Of a DNA stretch of 64,000 nucleotides, positions 1 through 11,550 are shown piece by piece. Source of the DNA: an uncultured Acidobacteriota bacterium (GTDB lineage Bacteria > Acidobacteriota > Vicinamibacteria > Marinacidobacterales > SMYC01); NCBI GenBank assembly GCA_963815675.1, contig CAWFHP010000006.1, positions 448,360 to 512,359 on the forward strand, given 5' to 3'. Each line of letters opens with the position of its first letter. Position 1 is the stretch's first letter. Under the pieces are notes generated by a model. It was not told the origin of the DNA. It saw nothing but the letters and a program-made list of their open reading frames with translations, and did no database searches. A program made the position numbers and the translations under genes.

Positions 1-1458
1 GGAGGCGCGCCCTACGAGACGGCGCAGCTTCTCAACCGTCTTCAGAAGCTCGCCAAGATACCGCTTCTGTTCTCCGCCGACTTCGAGGGAGGTCCCGGGC
101 AGCAGTTCCAGGGCGCTTCGGAGTTTCCCGCGAACATGGCTCTCTCCGCCATCGGCGACGAGCGGCTGGCGTACGAAGTGGGGAAGGCAGGTGCCATCGA
201 AGGCCGTGCCATCGGGATCCATCTCACCTACTCGCCCGTCGTCGACGTCCAGACGCGGCCGGAGAATCCCGTGCTGAGCGTGCGCTCCTTCGGGAGCGAC
301 GTCGAGCTTCTCGGGAGAATGGCGGGCGCCTACATCCGCGGATACCAGGAGAACGGCATGCTCGCCACCGCCAAGCATTTTCCCGGCCGGGGCGACGTCG
401 ACCTCATCGTCGAGGACGAGTTTCTCGTGAACCGCAAGCCCGCGGCTCGGATCGAAGCCGAGGACTTCCTCGCGTTCCGAAAGGCCATCGAAGCGGGCGT
501 CACCTTCGTCATGACCGAGCACATCGAGATCCCGGCAGTGACGGAGGGATCCGATCTCCCGGCGAGCGTCGAGCCCAAGCTCGCCACCGAATGGCTTCGG
601 AGTCGGCTCGGGTTCCAGGGACTCCTCACCACCGACGACCTCTGGTATCCCAAAGTCGCGAAGAGGTTCGGCGCGGAGAGAGCCGGCGTGCTCGCGATCC
701 TGGCGGGACACGACATGCTCCTCAAACCCGCGAACGCTCTCCGGATGCTCGACGCCGTCGTCGCCGCCGTCGAGTCCGGGGAGATTTCGACGGACCGGAT
801 CGACGCATCGGTGCGAAAGATTCTCTACTGGAAGGCACGGCTCGGTCTCCACGAGAATCGGCTCGTCGACACCGAGCGCATCGCCTCTCTCGTGGGCACG
901 AAAGCCCACCTCGATCTCGTGCGCGAAGTCGCGGAGCGGTCCTTGACGATGTTGAAGAACGACTCCGTCTTCCCCACGAGCGTGGACCGGCTGGGGAAGA
1001 TGGTGCTCGTCACCCTGCAGAAGAACGACAACGATCCCGTCGCGTCTCGTGCCGCGGCTCGATTGACCGAAATGCTCCCTGTCTCCGAAAGCTTTCTGCT
1101 CGGCCCCGGGGTCGATCCCGCGCGCTACCGAGCCGCGACCACGGCGGCACTCGGCGCCGACACCGTCCTCGTCTCACTCTTCCACCAGAGGACCGTCTAT
1201 CAGGATCATGGTGTCCTTCCGGCACGAGACCAGGAGCTCCTTGGCTCTCTCGCCCGAGGCAAGGTGAGAACCATCGGCCTTTCCTACGGCAACCCCTACC
1301 TCGCCGTCGAGACGAAGGACCTGTCGGCATTCGTCGTGGGCTACGGCGAGGGAGGCTTCTACGGGAACCAGCTCGTCTACGCCGACGCGTTCGGGCGCCT
1401 TCTCAAAGGGGAGGTCGAGGCGACGGGAAAGCTCCCCGTGAAGCTCACCACTCCCTGA
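1..1458 (+). CDS. Glycoside hydrolase family 3 (NagZ/beta-glucosidase-like); 5' end lies outside the window
   Basis: Frame 1 is open from base 1. GH3 N-domain motifs are present (KHFPGRGD, HDMLL). Translation gives one continuous 485-aa conserved sequence ending at 1458. Confidence 0.8.
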   Translation, partial: GGAPYETAQLLNRLQKLAKIPLLFSADFEGGPGQQFQGASEFPANMALSAIGDERLAYEVGKAGAIEGRAIGIHLTYSPVVDVQTRPENPVLSVRSFGSDVELLGRMAGAYIRGYQENGMLATAKHFPGRGDVDLIVEDEFLVNRKPAARIEAEDFLAFRKAIEAGVTFVMTEHIEIPAVTEGSDLPASVEPKLATEWLRSRLGFQGLLTTDDLWYPKVAKRFGAERAGVLAILAGHDMLLKPANALRMLDAVVAAVESGEISTDRIDASVRKILYWKARLGLHENRLVDTERIASLVGTKAHLDLVREVAERSLTMLKNDSVFPTSVDRLGKMVLVTLQKNDNDPVASRAAARLTEMLPVSESFLLGPGVDPARYRAATTAALGADTVLVSLFHQRTVYQDHGVLPARDQELLGSLARGKVRTIGLSYGNPYLAVETKDLSAFVVGYGEGGFYGNQLVYADAFGRLLKGEVEATGKLPVKLTTP

Positions 1459-1542
1459 GAGACGGTCCGGGATGGTGAGACGCGAAGGGATCTGACCTCC
1501 AACCTGCGGATCAAGGGTCGGGATGGTCTGAATATCTATCCA

Positions 1543-3336
1543 TCATCGCGACGTCACCACCGGCAAGATCAGCGCAGATGGGTGGTCGGCGTCGTGATAG
1601 ACGCGGTTGGTGGCGGACACGTATCTCTTCGCCGTCGCCTGTTCCGCCCCGGTGTTCAGGTTGCGGTCGAAGCGGGGGAAGTTGCTGCTGGAGACCTCCA
1701 GACGCAACACATGCCCTTTCAGGAAGACGTTGCTCGTGGACCACAGCTCGATGACGAATTTGTAGATCTGCCCGGGATTCAAAGCGCCGGTTTCTCCTGC
1801 GAGTCGCGGTATCGGGCGCGAACTGATGCCTTCCGTCAGATTCCGCGCGAAGCCATCGGGCTCAGACGTCCACCAGTTTGGCGTCGAAATCCGTATCCAC
1901 CGCGGAGGACTCGCGAAGAGCTCGAGGAGGACCGGTCCCGGTGACTTCGGTGTCCGGGTAAACGGGGCGTCGGTGTAGACCAGGACGTCGTCGCGAGCCT
2001 CGACCGGACGCTGATCGCGCGGACCCGGCGCGAGGTGTATCCCGTCGCAGCAGAGGGGACCACCAATCGTCGGCGCTGGATTCGAAGGGTCGTACAGGTA
2101 GTGGTCGAACGGTTCCGGAGCGCGGTGCGACCGTGGAAAGACTGCCGTCGCCGCGGACGGAGGTCGCCTGGCCTCCCGCCGAATGCAGGTAGTATCTCGT
2201 GCTCTCCGCGCGCGCCAGCGGCCAGTCGTCCTCCTCTCGCCACTGGTTGGTGCCCATGACGAAGATCTTCACCGGCTTGCCGGCGAACTCGTTCTTCGCG
2301 CCCTGGAACAGGTACTGGTACCACTTCAGCGTGACGTCGTTCTCGTCGAATTCGGCGGCGGCCGCTCCGAAGTCGACGTCGCCGATCTTTCGTCCGTTCG
2401 CCGGCGTGTCCGCCGATCGATGACGAGGAGGTGCTGGCCGCGACGGGCCTCTTCGCTACCGCCATGCGCCTTGATTCCGAGGTAGTTCCGCAGCGATCCC
2501 CCCTGGAAAATGTCGTACCAGGCCGCGACCGACAGCACGGGCACGGTGATGTTCTCGTAGTGCGCTTCGATGGAAAGCGGTTTCCAATAGTCGTCGTCGT
2601 CGGGATGCGCGAGCCAATCGAGATAATACGGGGCCAGTTCGTCGATGGAGACGGGAGCGGCCGAGGGCGCGGAGAAATTGAAAAGCGGGATAGCTCGGTG
2701 AGAGGAAGCGTCCCGGCGCTCCCGCGACGGCGTCGGTTTTCGTCGCGACCGTTCGATTGAGAAGTGTCTTGAGCCAACCCTGACGTCCAGGACTGGTTGA
2801 ACCATTGCTCGAAGGCGCCGCCCTGATACGTCCATCCGTCGTGATAGTTGCTGGCGGTCACCACCGGGCAAATGCCGGCCAGGTGCGGCGGGTGCGCGAT
2901 GGCGGCAAGCATCTGGGTGGCGCCCACATAGGAGCCGCCCCACATACCCACCTTCCCGTTCGAGTACGGGAAGAGACGCGGCCCACTCGACCGTATCGTA
3001 GCCGTCGTCGGATTCGTGCCGGAACGGGTACCACTCTCCTTCGGACGAATAGCGTCCCCGGACGTCCTGGACGATCGCGACGAATCCGTGCGCCGCCGCA
3101 TCGATGGCGAACGGAGCTTCGTTGCGCTTGTCGTACGGAGTGCGCTGAAGAAGTACCGGAAAGCGGCCGTCCACGCTCGGCCGATAGATGTCCGCACGGA
3201 GGAACACACCGTCGCGCATCCTCGCTCGAACGCCGACCTGAAGCGTCACCTCGTATGTCTCGGCCGCCTCCATGACGTTGGCCGTCACCACCAGGGTAAT
3301 GACGGCCGCCCACAGCCTGCCGCTGCGATGATTCAT
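1543..3336 (-). pseudogene. CocE/NonD-family hydrolase (S15 X-Pro dipeptidyl-peptidase-like), disrupted
   Basis: Homology is split over at least 4 minus-strand frames (ORFs 2326..3402, 1836..3209, 1862..2272, 1543..1782). The N-terminal signal peptide, RTPYDKR, GYDTVEWAA, MWGGSYVG and the C-terminal IELWSTSNVFLKGHVLRLEVSSSNFPRFDRN motifs are all present but not in one frame. Confidence 0.7.
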
Positions 3337-3540
3337 GCTCGTTCCTCCTCGAAAAGGACGTCGACGGGCGTCCACTGTAAGGATTGTCAGTTGTCGGTGC
3401 AACGACGGAGAAGGTGCACGACTGATGCAGACCCGGCGATGTCTACGTAGCCGCGAACAACACGGCGTCTCCGCGTGATTTCCAGGGAGATCGAGCGCCC
3501 CGAGCGGAGCTCTTGTCGGATTTGATTTGCGAGTTCGACC

Positions 3541-4081
3541 GTGTTGGTAAACGCGGCAGGCGAAGAGTTATCGAATCGAAATTTCGACTCGCCAGCCCTT
3601 GGCGCCAAGGTCGGTTGGCCAATGGGGACCGAGCGGCAGCAAGTCCACAGCGTCAAATCCGGGACTTGGGTCGGGCATTACGAGATCATCCAGGAGCTCG
3701 CGCGCGGTGGCATGGGGATTGTCTATCGAGCGCGGGACCGCAGGCTCGGCCGTGACGTGGCCCTCGAATGCCCCTGGCCCTAGATTTTGAGGAACGCCAC
3801 ACGGCGTGCGCGTTTATGGTGGAGGTCCTCCGCTATGGAGAACAGTTGGCGAGCGCGTTGGAGTTCGCGCACGGGCATCAGATCTTGCACCGACGTCCAT
3901 CGGTCACATACCGGGAAACAAAGACCCTCACCGGGGGCCCGATTTCCAGTGCGCGTTCAATCTGGCGGTGAACAAGTTCCGCGGCAAGTTTCCCGCGCAG
4001 TCTGACCCGACGGACGTTCTGACGGGGGTGGGCATTTCCGAACCGATGCTGGCTCTACGTCGCGCCCTCGGACGGGTGTAG
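3541..4081 (+). pseudogene. Ser/Thr protein kinase remnant (N-lobe glycine loop and catalytic-loop-like pieces only)
   Basis: Contains [31 protein letters not shown] followed directly by a stop. Neighbouring short ORFs carry degraded 'HGHQILHRRP'-type catalytic-loop remnants. No intact kinase ORF is present. Confidence 0.4.
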
Positions 4082-4246
4082 TCGTCGGACGTCCGGGGTC
4101 GGGCCAGCGTCAGGACGAGGGTTCAGTCGGACGTCGTCATCAGGAGGGAGAAAGACGCCGTAAGACCTCCTCCCCCACCAGAGGTCTGAGCGTCATCAGT
4201 CACCGCACGTTCTCGTGTAGAATCTCCGCCCAGATAAGGGGGAGAA

Positions 4247-5482
4247 ATGGAGACAGCTCGTCCGTTCGTTTCCGCATTCAACGTATTGTTGGTGATCGCC
4301 TCCATCCTGCTTTCCGTGGTCGTCTACGCGCAGGAAGACGAGCTTCCGACGCTGAAGCTAGACCGGATCCCGGCGCAACCCGCGTTTGCCGGTCAGACGC
4401 GGGCTCCGGCAGCGGAACGTTCGTCTTACAGGGTCGAGGCCATCGTGTCGAGCTTGACCGAGCCCTGGGCGCTCGCTTTCCTTCCGAGCGGCGAGAGCCT
4501 GATCAACGAGTACGTGGGGGACATGCGGATCGCCGATTCCAAGGGTCGCCTCAGCGAACCGCTCCGCGGCCTCCCCGAGATCTCCCACAAGGGCTGGGCC
4601 GGTCTCTTCGACCTGGCCCTCGACCCCGATTTCGCGCACAACCAGCTCCTCTATTTTTCGTATACGGCTCCGCCGAATTCTCCCGACGGGCCGAACGTGG
4701 CGCGGGTGGCGCGGGCGCGCCTCGTTCGGGAGGAGCTCCGCCTCGAGGACGTGCAGGTCATCGTCGACGGTTTCGGCGGTCAGGAGCTTCACTTCCTCCC
4801 CGACGGCACGCTGCTGGTATCGGGAGCGGGGGACAGCGAAAAGGAAGATCCCCAGGATCTCCGCTCGACCGTCGGGAAACTGCTGCGCATCCGACGCGAC
4901 GGCTCGGTCCCCGAGGATAATCCCTTTTATGGCAAATCCAACGTGCGGCCCGAGATTTACAGTTACGGCCATCGGGATATCTCCGGGATGGCGACCCACC
5001 CCGAGACCGGAGAGGTCTGGATCACGGAGCACGGTCCTCGTGGCGGTGACGAGCTAAATCGAATCCGTCCCGGCGCCAACTACGGATGGAAGGTCATCTC
5101 CTACGGCACCGAGTACTCGGGAAACCCGATCGGCAAAGGACTCACGGCCATGGAGGGCATGGAGCAGCCGCGCTACTTCTGGCGTCCGTCGATCGCACCG
5201 TCGGGGCTCATCTTCTATGAGGGCACCATGTTTCCCGAGTGGCGCGGCAATATCTTCGTCACCGCCCTGGCGGGACAACACGTAAGCCGGCTCGTGATGA
5301 ACGGTGACAAAGTCGTCGCGGAAGAACGCCTTCTCGTGGACCGGGCGCAGCGCATCCGTGAGCTCCGGGTCGGACCGGACGGAGCGCTCTACGCGCTGAC
5401 GAACGAAGAAGAGAAATCGCCGCAAGGCACGGCCGAGCTCCTCCGGATCTCGCGTCCAGAGACGACGTCTTCGCTCCAGTAA
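4247..5482 (+). CDS. PQQ-dependent soluble sugar (glucose/sorbosone) dehydrogenase, secreted
   Basis: Intact 411-aa ORF. N-terminal signal peptide. Beta-propeller sGDH/YliI-like sequence (GANYGWKV, HGPRGGDELN). Confidence 0.8.
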   Translation: METARPFVSAFNVLLVIASILLSVVVYAQEDELPTLKLDRIPAQPAFAGQTRAPAAERSSYRVEAIVSSLTEPWALAFLPSGESLINEYVGDMRIADSKGRLSEPLRGLPEISHKGWAGLFDLALDPDFAHNQLLYFSYTAPPNSPDGPNVARVARARLVREELRLEDVQVIVDGFGGQELHFLPDGTLLVSGAGDSEKEDPQDLRSTVGKLLRIRRDGSVPEDNPFYGKSNVRPEIYSYGHRDISGMATHPETGEVWITEHGPRGGDELNRIRPGANYGWKVISYGTEYSGNPIGKGLTAMEGMEQPRYFWRPSIAPSGLIFYEGTMFPEWRGNIFVTALAGQHVSRLVMNGDKVVAEERLLVDRAQRIRELRVGPDGALYALTNEEEKSPQGTAELLRISRPETTSSLQ

Positions 5483-5549
5483 GTATTCTTCTCACTCCGC
5501 ACCTGGCCTGCAGAGTGGAAGACTCAAAAGACGAACGGGAGGAAGAGAG

Positions 5550-6535
5550 ATGAAATCGAAGAGAAGCTCGCTGATGTCAGCGTGCAGTGCCGTGGTGATT
5601 TCGCTCTGCGCGGTCCTGGCGGTCCTCGCGCAGGAGGGCGGCGGGGGAGAAGCGTCGATTCCCCAACTGCGATTTCGTCTCGTCCAAGACTTCTTCAGTA
5701 TCCCCCGGGCTCGGTCATCGGCCGCACCACCGGCATTGCCATTGGACCCGATGGCACGATCGTCACCCTGAATCGCGGCTATCGCCCGGTGATGGAGTTC
5801 AACTCGGACGGCACCTTCGTGCGCTCGTGGGGCGAGGGCTCCACGATGTTCGATGGCGCCCATGTCGTGCGCTTCGATGCCCAGGGCACTCTCTGGTACG
5901 TGAATGCCGCCGACAACAATGTCGTCCGATTCGATTCCAATCGCCGCACCATGGGAACGCTGGGAACGAATCCAGAGCCGTGGACCTGGCTGACCCACGT
6001 CTACGAGCACGCCGCGCCCCCCAAGTCCGCGTTGTATCAGCCGACGGACATCGCCTGGAGCAGGGACGGCAGTAGTTTCGTCGCGGACGGATACGGCAAC
6101 TCGCGGATTGCCAAGTTCGACAAAGACGGGAACTTCGTCATGTCCTGGGGCGAGCGGGGCAGCCGGCCCGGCGAATTCAACACCCCTCACGGTCTCGTGA
6201 TAGACGACGACGACATCCTGTACGTCGCCGACCGCGGCAACAGCCGCATCCAGGTCTTCGATACCGAGGGCAATCGGAAGGCCGTCTGGGACCTGCCGAC
6301 CGCACCCTGGTGCCTCTGCCTCACGAACGGACCCTCACAGGTGATGTTCGTTGGCAGCGTGGGCCGGGTGTACAAGATGGATCTCACCGGCAAGATCCTG
6401 GGCGCCTTCGGCCGCCGGGGCCGCATGCCCGGGACCATCGACTCCGTCCACCAGATCGCATGCCCGGACGAGAACGCCCTTTATCTGGCTCACACCTACG
6501 CCTCGCGCTTCGACAAGTGGGTCGCGGAAAACTGA
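5550..6535 (+). CDS. NHL-repeat beta-propeller protein, secreted; apparent +1 frame change near 5690
   Basis: A signal peptide (MKSKRSSLMSACSAVVISLCAVLA) in frame 3 abuts NHL-repeat sequence in frame 2 (ORF 5582..6535). The two join at a CCCCCGGG run. Confidence 0.7.
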
Positions 6536-6756
6536 AAGCTCGGTTCTCACGGGATCGAAGCCCTCAACGGAGCTGAATTGCGCGACGTCACTCGTCTCCC
6601 GGGATTCCCTACCATTCATCGAACTCCCGGTCCAGAGGTTCCCTCCTGCCTTTCCAAACGTCACCGTACATCCCCTCGACTTACTGCAAACGAAAGCGCG
6701 AACACCGGTGCTCGTCGGTGTAGGACCCCTGATTGGTACTCCGTTCGACAGAGGAC

Positions 6757-8169
6757 CTAGGCGTTTGGAGCGGGCTTCAGTTCGTAGAGCCGGATGTCTG
6801 CGTTTCTGATCAACGCTTCGATGGTGTCTCCATCTTCGGGGTAGACGGCAAACCCGGCGCTCACGGAGATCGGCGGATGTTCTGAGTCCTGGGCCAACTG
6901 TCGCCGGATTCGTTCTATCACGGTCATCACCGCAGGCCGGTGGGACTCCGGCAGCACCAGCACGAACTCGTCGCCGCCATATCGAGCGGCCGTGTCCACC
7001 GCTCGGCAGGTGTCCCTTAGCGCGTCGGCCAATCGGCACAATGCGCGGTTTCCGACGAGATGGCCGTACCGGTCATTCACTGACTTCAACCCGTCGAGGT
7101 CGAACAGCAAAACCGCAAACGGGTGCTCGGTGCGCTGAGATCGCTCCATTTCGTGCTCGAGCACGTCCATCAGTCGACGGTAGTTCGCCAGCCCCGTCAG
7201 CGGATCCGACATCGACAGGTCGTGCAGACGCTGGACCAACTTCCGCCGCTCTCTCACCGTGGCCGCAAAGAGCAACGTGCCAACCCCCGTCACACCAATG
7301 TACGCCTGAAGCAGTAACAGGCTCAGTGGGGTCGACTCGCCAGCAAAGGGCCCGTAGCCGTTCACCGTACCCCAGACCGCCACTGCGGAGACCAGCAACA
7401 TTCCCGTTGCTGCCACGCGTGGACTGAGACGCAGCGCCGCCCATCCAACGAAGGGCACACATACGAAGTCGACGGGATAATTTCGCACGCCGAGCGGAAG
7501 GACCCCGCCAAACACCGCGATGCTTGCGAGGGCTATCGTCACACTCACCGCGCTGGCCTCCAGGATCTTCGCTCGCGTCCAATGCATCGGCGGGGGAAAG
7601 ATCCACAACAAGATGACCGGCGCGATAACGAGCGCGCCGCCCGCGTCACCGGCCCACCACGTCAGCCAGATCTCGCCGTAGCTCGTCCACTCGGCAAGGC
7701 CTCCGATCGTGAGCGTCGTCACGCCGATCGTTGCGGCCAGGGCGGGACTCAGTCCGGCCGCGAATACCGTATAACAGGCAACGTCGCGCACCGCCTCGAA
7801 GGATCTCGAACCATTGGCGAACCGGTTTACAAGATACGTCGCCATCACCGGCTCGAGCGTGTTGCCGAGCGCGATCGCCAAGGATGTCCACACCGACCCC
7901 GCGGTGGTTACGTTGACCACGAACGCCGCAACGAAAATAGCCGGCCATACCCACGTTCCCAGAATCAGGCATGCCGCCAGTGCGATCCCGGTCGGCGCCC
8001 ATACGAGTGTTGCGCTGGTGTGGACGACCGCCAGCTCGAGACCGAGCTTCCCGGCAACGAAATATGCTACCGCGAGCATCACGAGAAGGCCTGCGCGTCG
8101 AGGCAAGTCCCTTTCGTGCGAGCTCAAGCCGTTCGTTTCTGGTTCCATGAACGAATCAGTCTGATTCAT
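6757..8169 (-). CDS. MASE1 membrane sensor-diguanylate cyclase (GGDEF)
   Basis: Intact 470-aa ORF. Multi-TM N-terminus followed by a GGDEF domain with the RYGGDEF motif. Confidence 0.85.
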   Translation of the reverse strand: MNQTDSFMEPETNGLSSHERDLPRRAGLLVMLAVAYFVAGKLGLELAVVHTSATLVWAPTGIALAACLILGTWVWPAIFVAAFVVNVTTAGSVWTSLAIALGNTLEPVMATYLVNRFANGSRSFEAVRDVACYTVFAAGLSPALAATIGVTTLTIGGLAEWTSYGEIWLTWWAGDAGGALVIAPVILLWIFPPPMHWTRAKILEASAVSVTIALASIAVFGGVLPLGVRNYPVDFVCVPFVGWAALRLSPRVAATGMLLVSAVAVWGTVNGYGPFAGESTPLSLLLLQAYIGVTGVGTLLFAATVRERRKLVQRLHDLSMSDPLTGLANYRRLMDVLEHEMERSQRTEHPFAVLLFDLDGLKSVNDRYGHLVGNRALCRLADALRDTCRAVDTAARYGGDEFVLVLPESHRPAVMTVIERIRRQLAQDSEHPPISVSAGFAVYPEDGDTIEALIRNADIRLYELKPAPNA

Positions 8170-8271
8170 AGACCTGGACGCGGCAACCGACGAAGGTGCC
8201 TTTCGATGGCATCAACTTGTCGCCGTCCTCGGAATCTATGGAATGACCGAGGAAGGGGATCTCTCACAAGT

Positions 8272-8347
8272 TGGTGAGCCGCGAAGGAATCGAACCTTCA
8301 ACCTACGGATTAAGAGTCCGTTGCTCTGCCAATTGAGCTAGCGGCCC
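8272..8347 (-). tRNA. tRNA-Lys (anticodon CTT)
   Basis: Manual fold. Acceptor GGGCCGC/GCGGCTC, anticodon loop CTCTTAA, T-loop GGTTCGATTCC, encoded CCA. Confidence 0.8.
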
Positions 8348-8367
8348 ACAGTAATGGCTTACGTGGC

Positions 8368-8444
8368 TGGTACGCCTGAGAGGATTCGAACCTCTGACCT
8401 TCTGCTCCGGAGGCAGACGCTCTATCCAGCTGAGCTACAGGCGC
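8368..8444 (-). tRNA. tRNA-Arg (anticodon CCG)
   Basis: Manual fold. Acceptor GCGCCTG, D-loop AGCTGGATAGAGC, anticodon loop CTCCGGA, T-loop GGTTCGAATCC, CCA. Confidence 0.8.
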
Positions 8445-8533
8445 ATGCCTTCGAGAACGCTCTCGTAAACGTCTCTCCGGAAGCCCAAAGGATAGTACGA
8501 GGGCGCACCTCGCCGCAAGTCCACTGTCGGATG

Positions 8534-10502
8534 TCAGATCGAGTGGACCTTTTCGAGCTCGGGCTTGCGATCGCTCTCCGTCGCCCCCGCTTCTGATGCA
8601 GGCCCGGGCGCCTGTTCGCCGACGGGCTTCCGCACGATCCCGTCGAAGAGGAACATCGACGAGTCGGCGAGGACGCCCTGGGCGAGGCGATAGCCCATGC
8701 GGTCGGTGTTGCGGCCGACGCCCCGGAAGGCGTCCTCGATCCGCAGTCGGGAGTTCGCGCAGAAGTGCTCGACGAGAGCGAGGACTTCTTTACGGTCGAC
8801 TCCCTCCCCGATGAGCGCCTGCGCCCGGGTGGCGGAGGCGGCCTGGGCGAAGAGCTCGGTGCCGACATCCACGAATCGCGCGAGGAGCATCTGCTCCCGC
8901 TCGAGCTTGGGTCCGTACTTCACCATGGCGTAGAACATCTTCCGCGCGAGCTTCTTGCTGGTGCGACCGACATAGCGCATGTGAGAGGCGAGCGCGCGGT
9001 CCATCCCGGCGGTCGGAACCATGGCGGGAAGCGAAGGTTCGCGGATACCAGCTGAGGTAGAACAGGCCCGCCTTCATCGCGGCAGCGAAGCGCCGGCCGA
9101 AGGGAAGCTTCGGGTTCATCACCGCCCCCGCGACCTTCAGGTGCGGGTCCATGGCCTCGCGGGCGATGAAGAGGCGCATGATCTCCGTCGAGCCCTCGAA
9201 TATCCGGTTGATGCGGGCGTCGCGCATGGCGCGCTCGATCATGAACGGCTTGTCTCCGCGGGCCCTCGAGGACTGCGCGGTCTCGTACCCCCGGCCCCCG
9301 AGAATCTGCATCGTTTCGTCGACGATGTTCCAGGCGGCCTCGGTCCCGAACATCTTGGTCATCGCCGCCTCGACACGGATGTCCGTCTTCTTGCGGTCGA
9401 CGAGCGCGGAAGTGAGGTAGGTCATGGACTCGATCGCAAAAATCGTCGAGGCGATGCGGGCGATCTTGTCGGCGATGGCGGCGTGCTTGCCGATGGGAGC
9501 ACCCCACTGCTCGCGCTCGTTGGCCCACCCTTTCGCCATTTCGAGCGAGCGCTTCGCGAGCCCGACGCAAACGGCGGGGAGCGTGATCCGGCCGGTGTTG
9601 AGCGTGGTGAGCGCGACCCGGAGCCCCTTGCCTTCGCCGGCAATGATGTTCTCCCTCGGTACTTTCACGTCGGTGAAGCGAAGGACGCCGTTATAGAGCG
9701 CCTTCAGACCCATGAACTCGCATCGATGCACGACTTCGATGCCCGGTGACGCGGCATCGACGACGAACGCCGTGATTTGATCGCGCTTGCGCCCGTTCAC
9801 CAGTTTCGCCGGGGTCTTGGCCATGACGACGATGAAGGCGGCACGGGTGCCGTTGGTGCACCATAGCTTCTCACCGTTGATGACGTAGAACTTCCCGTCC
9901 TCGGTCGGCTCGGCCGTAGTCTCCATCCTTGCCGGGTCGGAGCCGACTCCCCGCTCGGTGAGGGCGAAAGCCGAGATCTCGCCCGCCGCGACCCTTGGAA
10001 GGAAACGCTTCTTCTGCTCCTCGGTGCCGAAAAGGAGAAGCGGCTGAGGGACTCCGATCGATTGGTGAGCGGAGAGCAGAGCGGAAAGGTTTCCGCAGTA
10101 GCTCCCCAGAAGCACCGCCGCACGGGTATAGACCTGCTGGGTGAGCCCGAGCCCGCCGTACTCGCGCGGGATCTTGATCCCGAACGCTCCGAGAGCGCGC
10201 AATCCCTCGATGACCCGTTCCGGGATCTCGCCTTCGCGATCGATGCGGTCGGGGTCGACCTCTTCGCGCAGGAATCGTTCGAGCTCGGAGAGAAACCGGC
10301 GCCCGCGCTCGTCCTGGTCGGAGGCGAGCTCGGGATAAGGATGGACGAGACGAAAGGGAACGTCACCCATGAACAGGGCGCCGGCGAAAGTCGGATACTC
10401 CCAGAACCCCTCGCGGGACGATTCGGTGAGCTCGAAGGCAGCGCGTTTCGCCTCCGACATCTTCGACGTGTCGAGGACCGGCTCGTTCGGTTGCTGGCTC
10501 AT
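8534..10502 (-). CDS. Acyl-CoA dehydrogenase (long form with C-terminal extension); apparent frame change near 9020-9060
   Basis: ORF 8790..10607 carries the ACAD core with the true ATG at 10502 (MSQQPNEPV...). The C-terminal extension (MVPTAGMDRALASHMRYVGRTSKK...) continues in a second frame, 8534..9022. Confidence 0.75.
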
Positions 10503-11152
10503 TTGGGTTCTCCTTCGTTCCTTTCGGGAGCGACGTGCCGCGTGAGCATCTCGGTCACTTCGTCGCGGGCCACGTCGAGGTCGATCGACTCCTCGTCGAA
10601 GACCCATTGGAGCATGACGCCGTCGATGGCGGCTTGAACGAGAGACGCCGTCGTCCGTACCGGGAGCGGCCGCATCTCTCCAGTCTTCCGTCCTTCTTCG
10701 AGAATGTGGGCGAGATAATGGCGCGACGGCTCGTACGCCTCCGCGTTCAACGAGCTCTCGTCACCCGCGCCGTACCGCTGGCCCCAGAGCGCGACGAGGG
10801 CGACATAGCCGACGCGGTGTGACTTCATGAACTCGAAGTTGGCGGCGACGTAGGCCCCGAGCTTTTCGAGGGCCGTCCCCGCGGAGTCGACTCGCTCCTT
10901 CACGAACTCCGCCGGTTTGCGCAGCAGGCTCCGCAGGATCTCGTCGAGGAGCTCCTCCTTCCCGTCGAAGTGATAGGAGATGACTCCCTTACTAATCCCG
11001 GCTTTCTTAGCAATTTCGGCGAGAGAGGCTTGTGAATATCCGTGCGCGGCGATGGTTTCTATGGCGGTCTCTACGATCTGCCGGCGCCTCGCCTCCTCGA
11101 TGAAGCTCGGCTTCTTCTGACCGATCGACTCAATATTTGACTGCACGGCCAA
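10499..11152 (-). CDS. TetR/AcrR-family transcriptional regulator
   Basis: 217 aa with an N-terminal HTH (SLAEIAKKAGISKGVISYHF). Its stop overlaps the ACAD start by 4 nt, suggesting a regulator-fadE-like operon. Confidence 0.85.
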   Translation of the reverse strand: MAVQSNIESIGQKKPSFIEEARRRQIVETAIETIAAHGYSQASLAEIAKKAGISKGVISYHFDGKEELLDEILRSLLRKPAEFVKERVDSAGTALEKLGAYVAANFEFMKSHRVGYVALVALWGQRYGAGDESSLNAEAYEPSRHYLAHILEEGRKTGEMRPLPVRTTASLVQAAIDGVMLQWVFDEESIDLDVARDEVTEMLTRHVAPERNEGEPK

Positions 11153-11259
11153 ATTTTAGCCCAGACGGCCATTCGACGTCAAGCGTTGGAAGAGACCACA
11201 AGAACCGGTCTTCGTGACTGAGGTTGGCGTATGCATTAGAATCGCAGTAGAATTCTATT

Positions 11260-11550
11260 GTGATTACCATATCCATCACGGTAGATGAACCCCTACTGAA
11301 GGCGGTCGACCGGATCGCGCGAGAATCGAAACGCACTCGGTCCGACGTCTGTCGGTTGGCGCTACGGAAATGGCTGGATGCGCAACGGGAGGCCATCCTC
11401 GTGCGCGAAGAGCGGGAGGCCTATCGGGCTCACCCAGTGACACCGGACGAGTTCGACGACCTGATCACCGCGCAGACGATTCACCTCTTCGAGGACGCCC
11501 CACTCGAGCCTGGCGAGCGTGACGAGCCTCCGGATCGGGACGAACGTTGA
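11260..11550 (+). CDS. Ribbon-helix-helix (CopG/MazE-like) antitoxin
   Basis: 96 aa with an N-terminal RHH (ITVDEPLLKAVDRIARESKRTRSDVCRLALRKWL) and an acidic C-terminal tail. The 4-nt ATGA overlap couples it to the downstream toxin gene. Confidence 0.75.
   Translation: MITISITVDEPLLKAVDRIARESKRTRSDVCRLALRKWLDAQREAILVREEREAYRAHPVTPDEFDDLITAQTIHLFEDAPLEPGERDEPPDRDER

Noticed and set aside
2035-3450. Multiple 70-160-aa plus-strand ORFs opposite the CocE pseudogene
   Set aside because: Arg/Pro-rich antisense translations of a high-GC gene. No conserved features.
8354-8596. 80-aa plus-strand ORF
   Set aside because: placeholder
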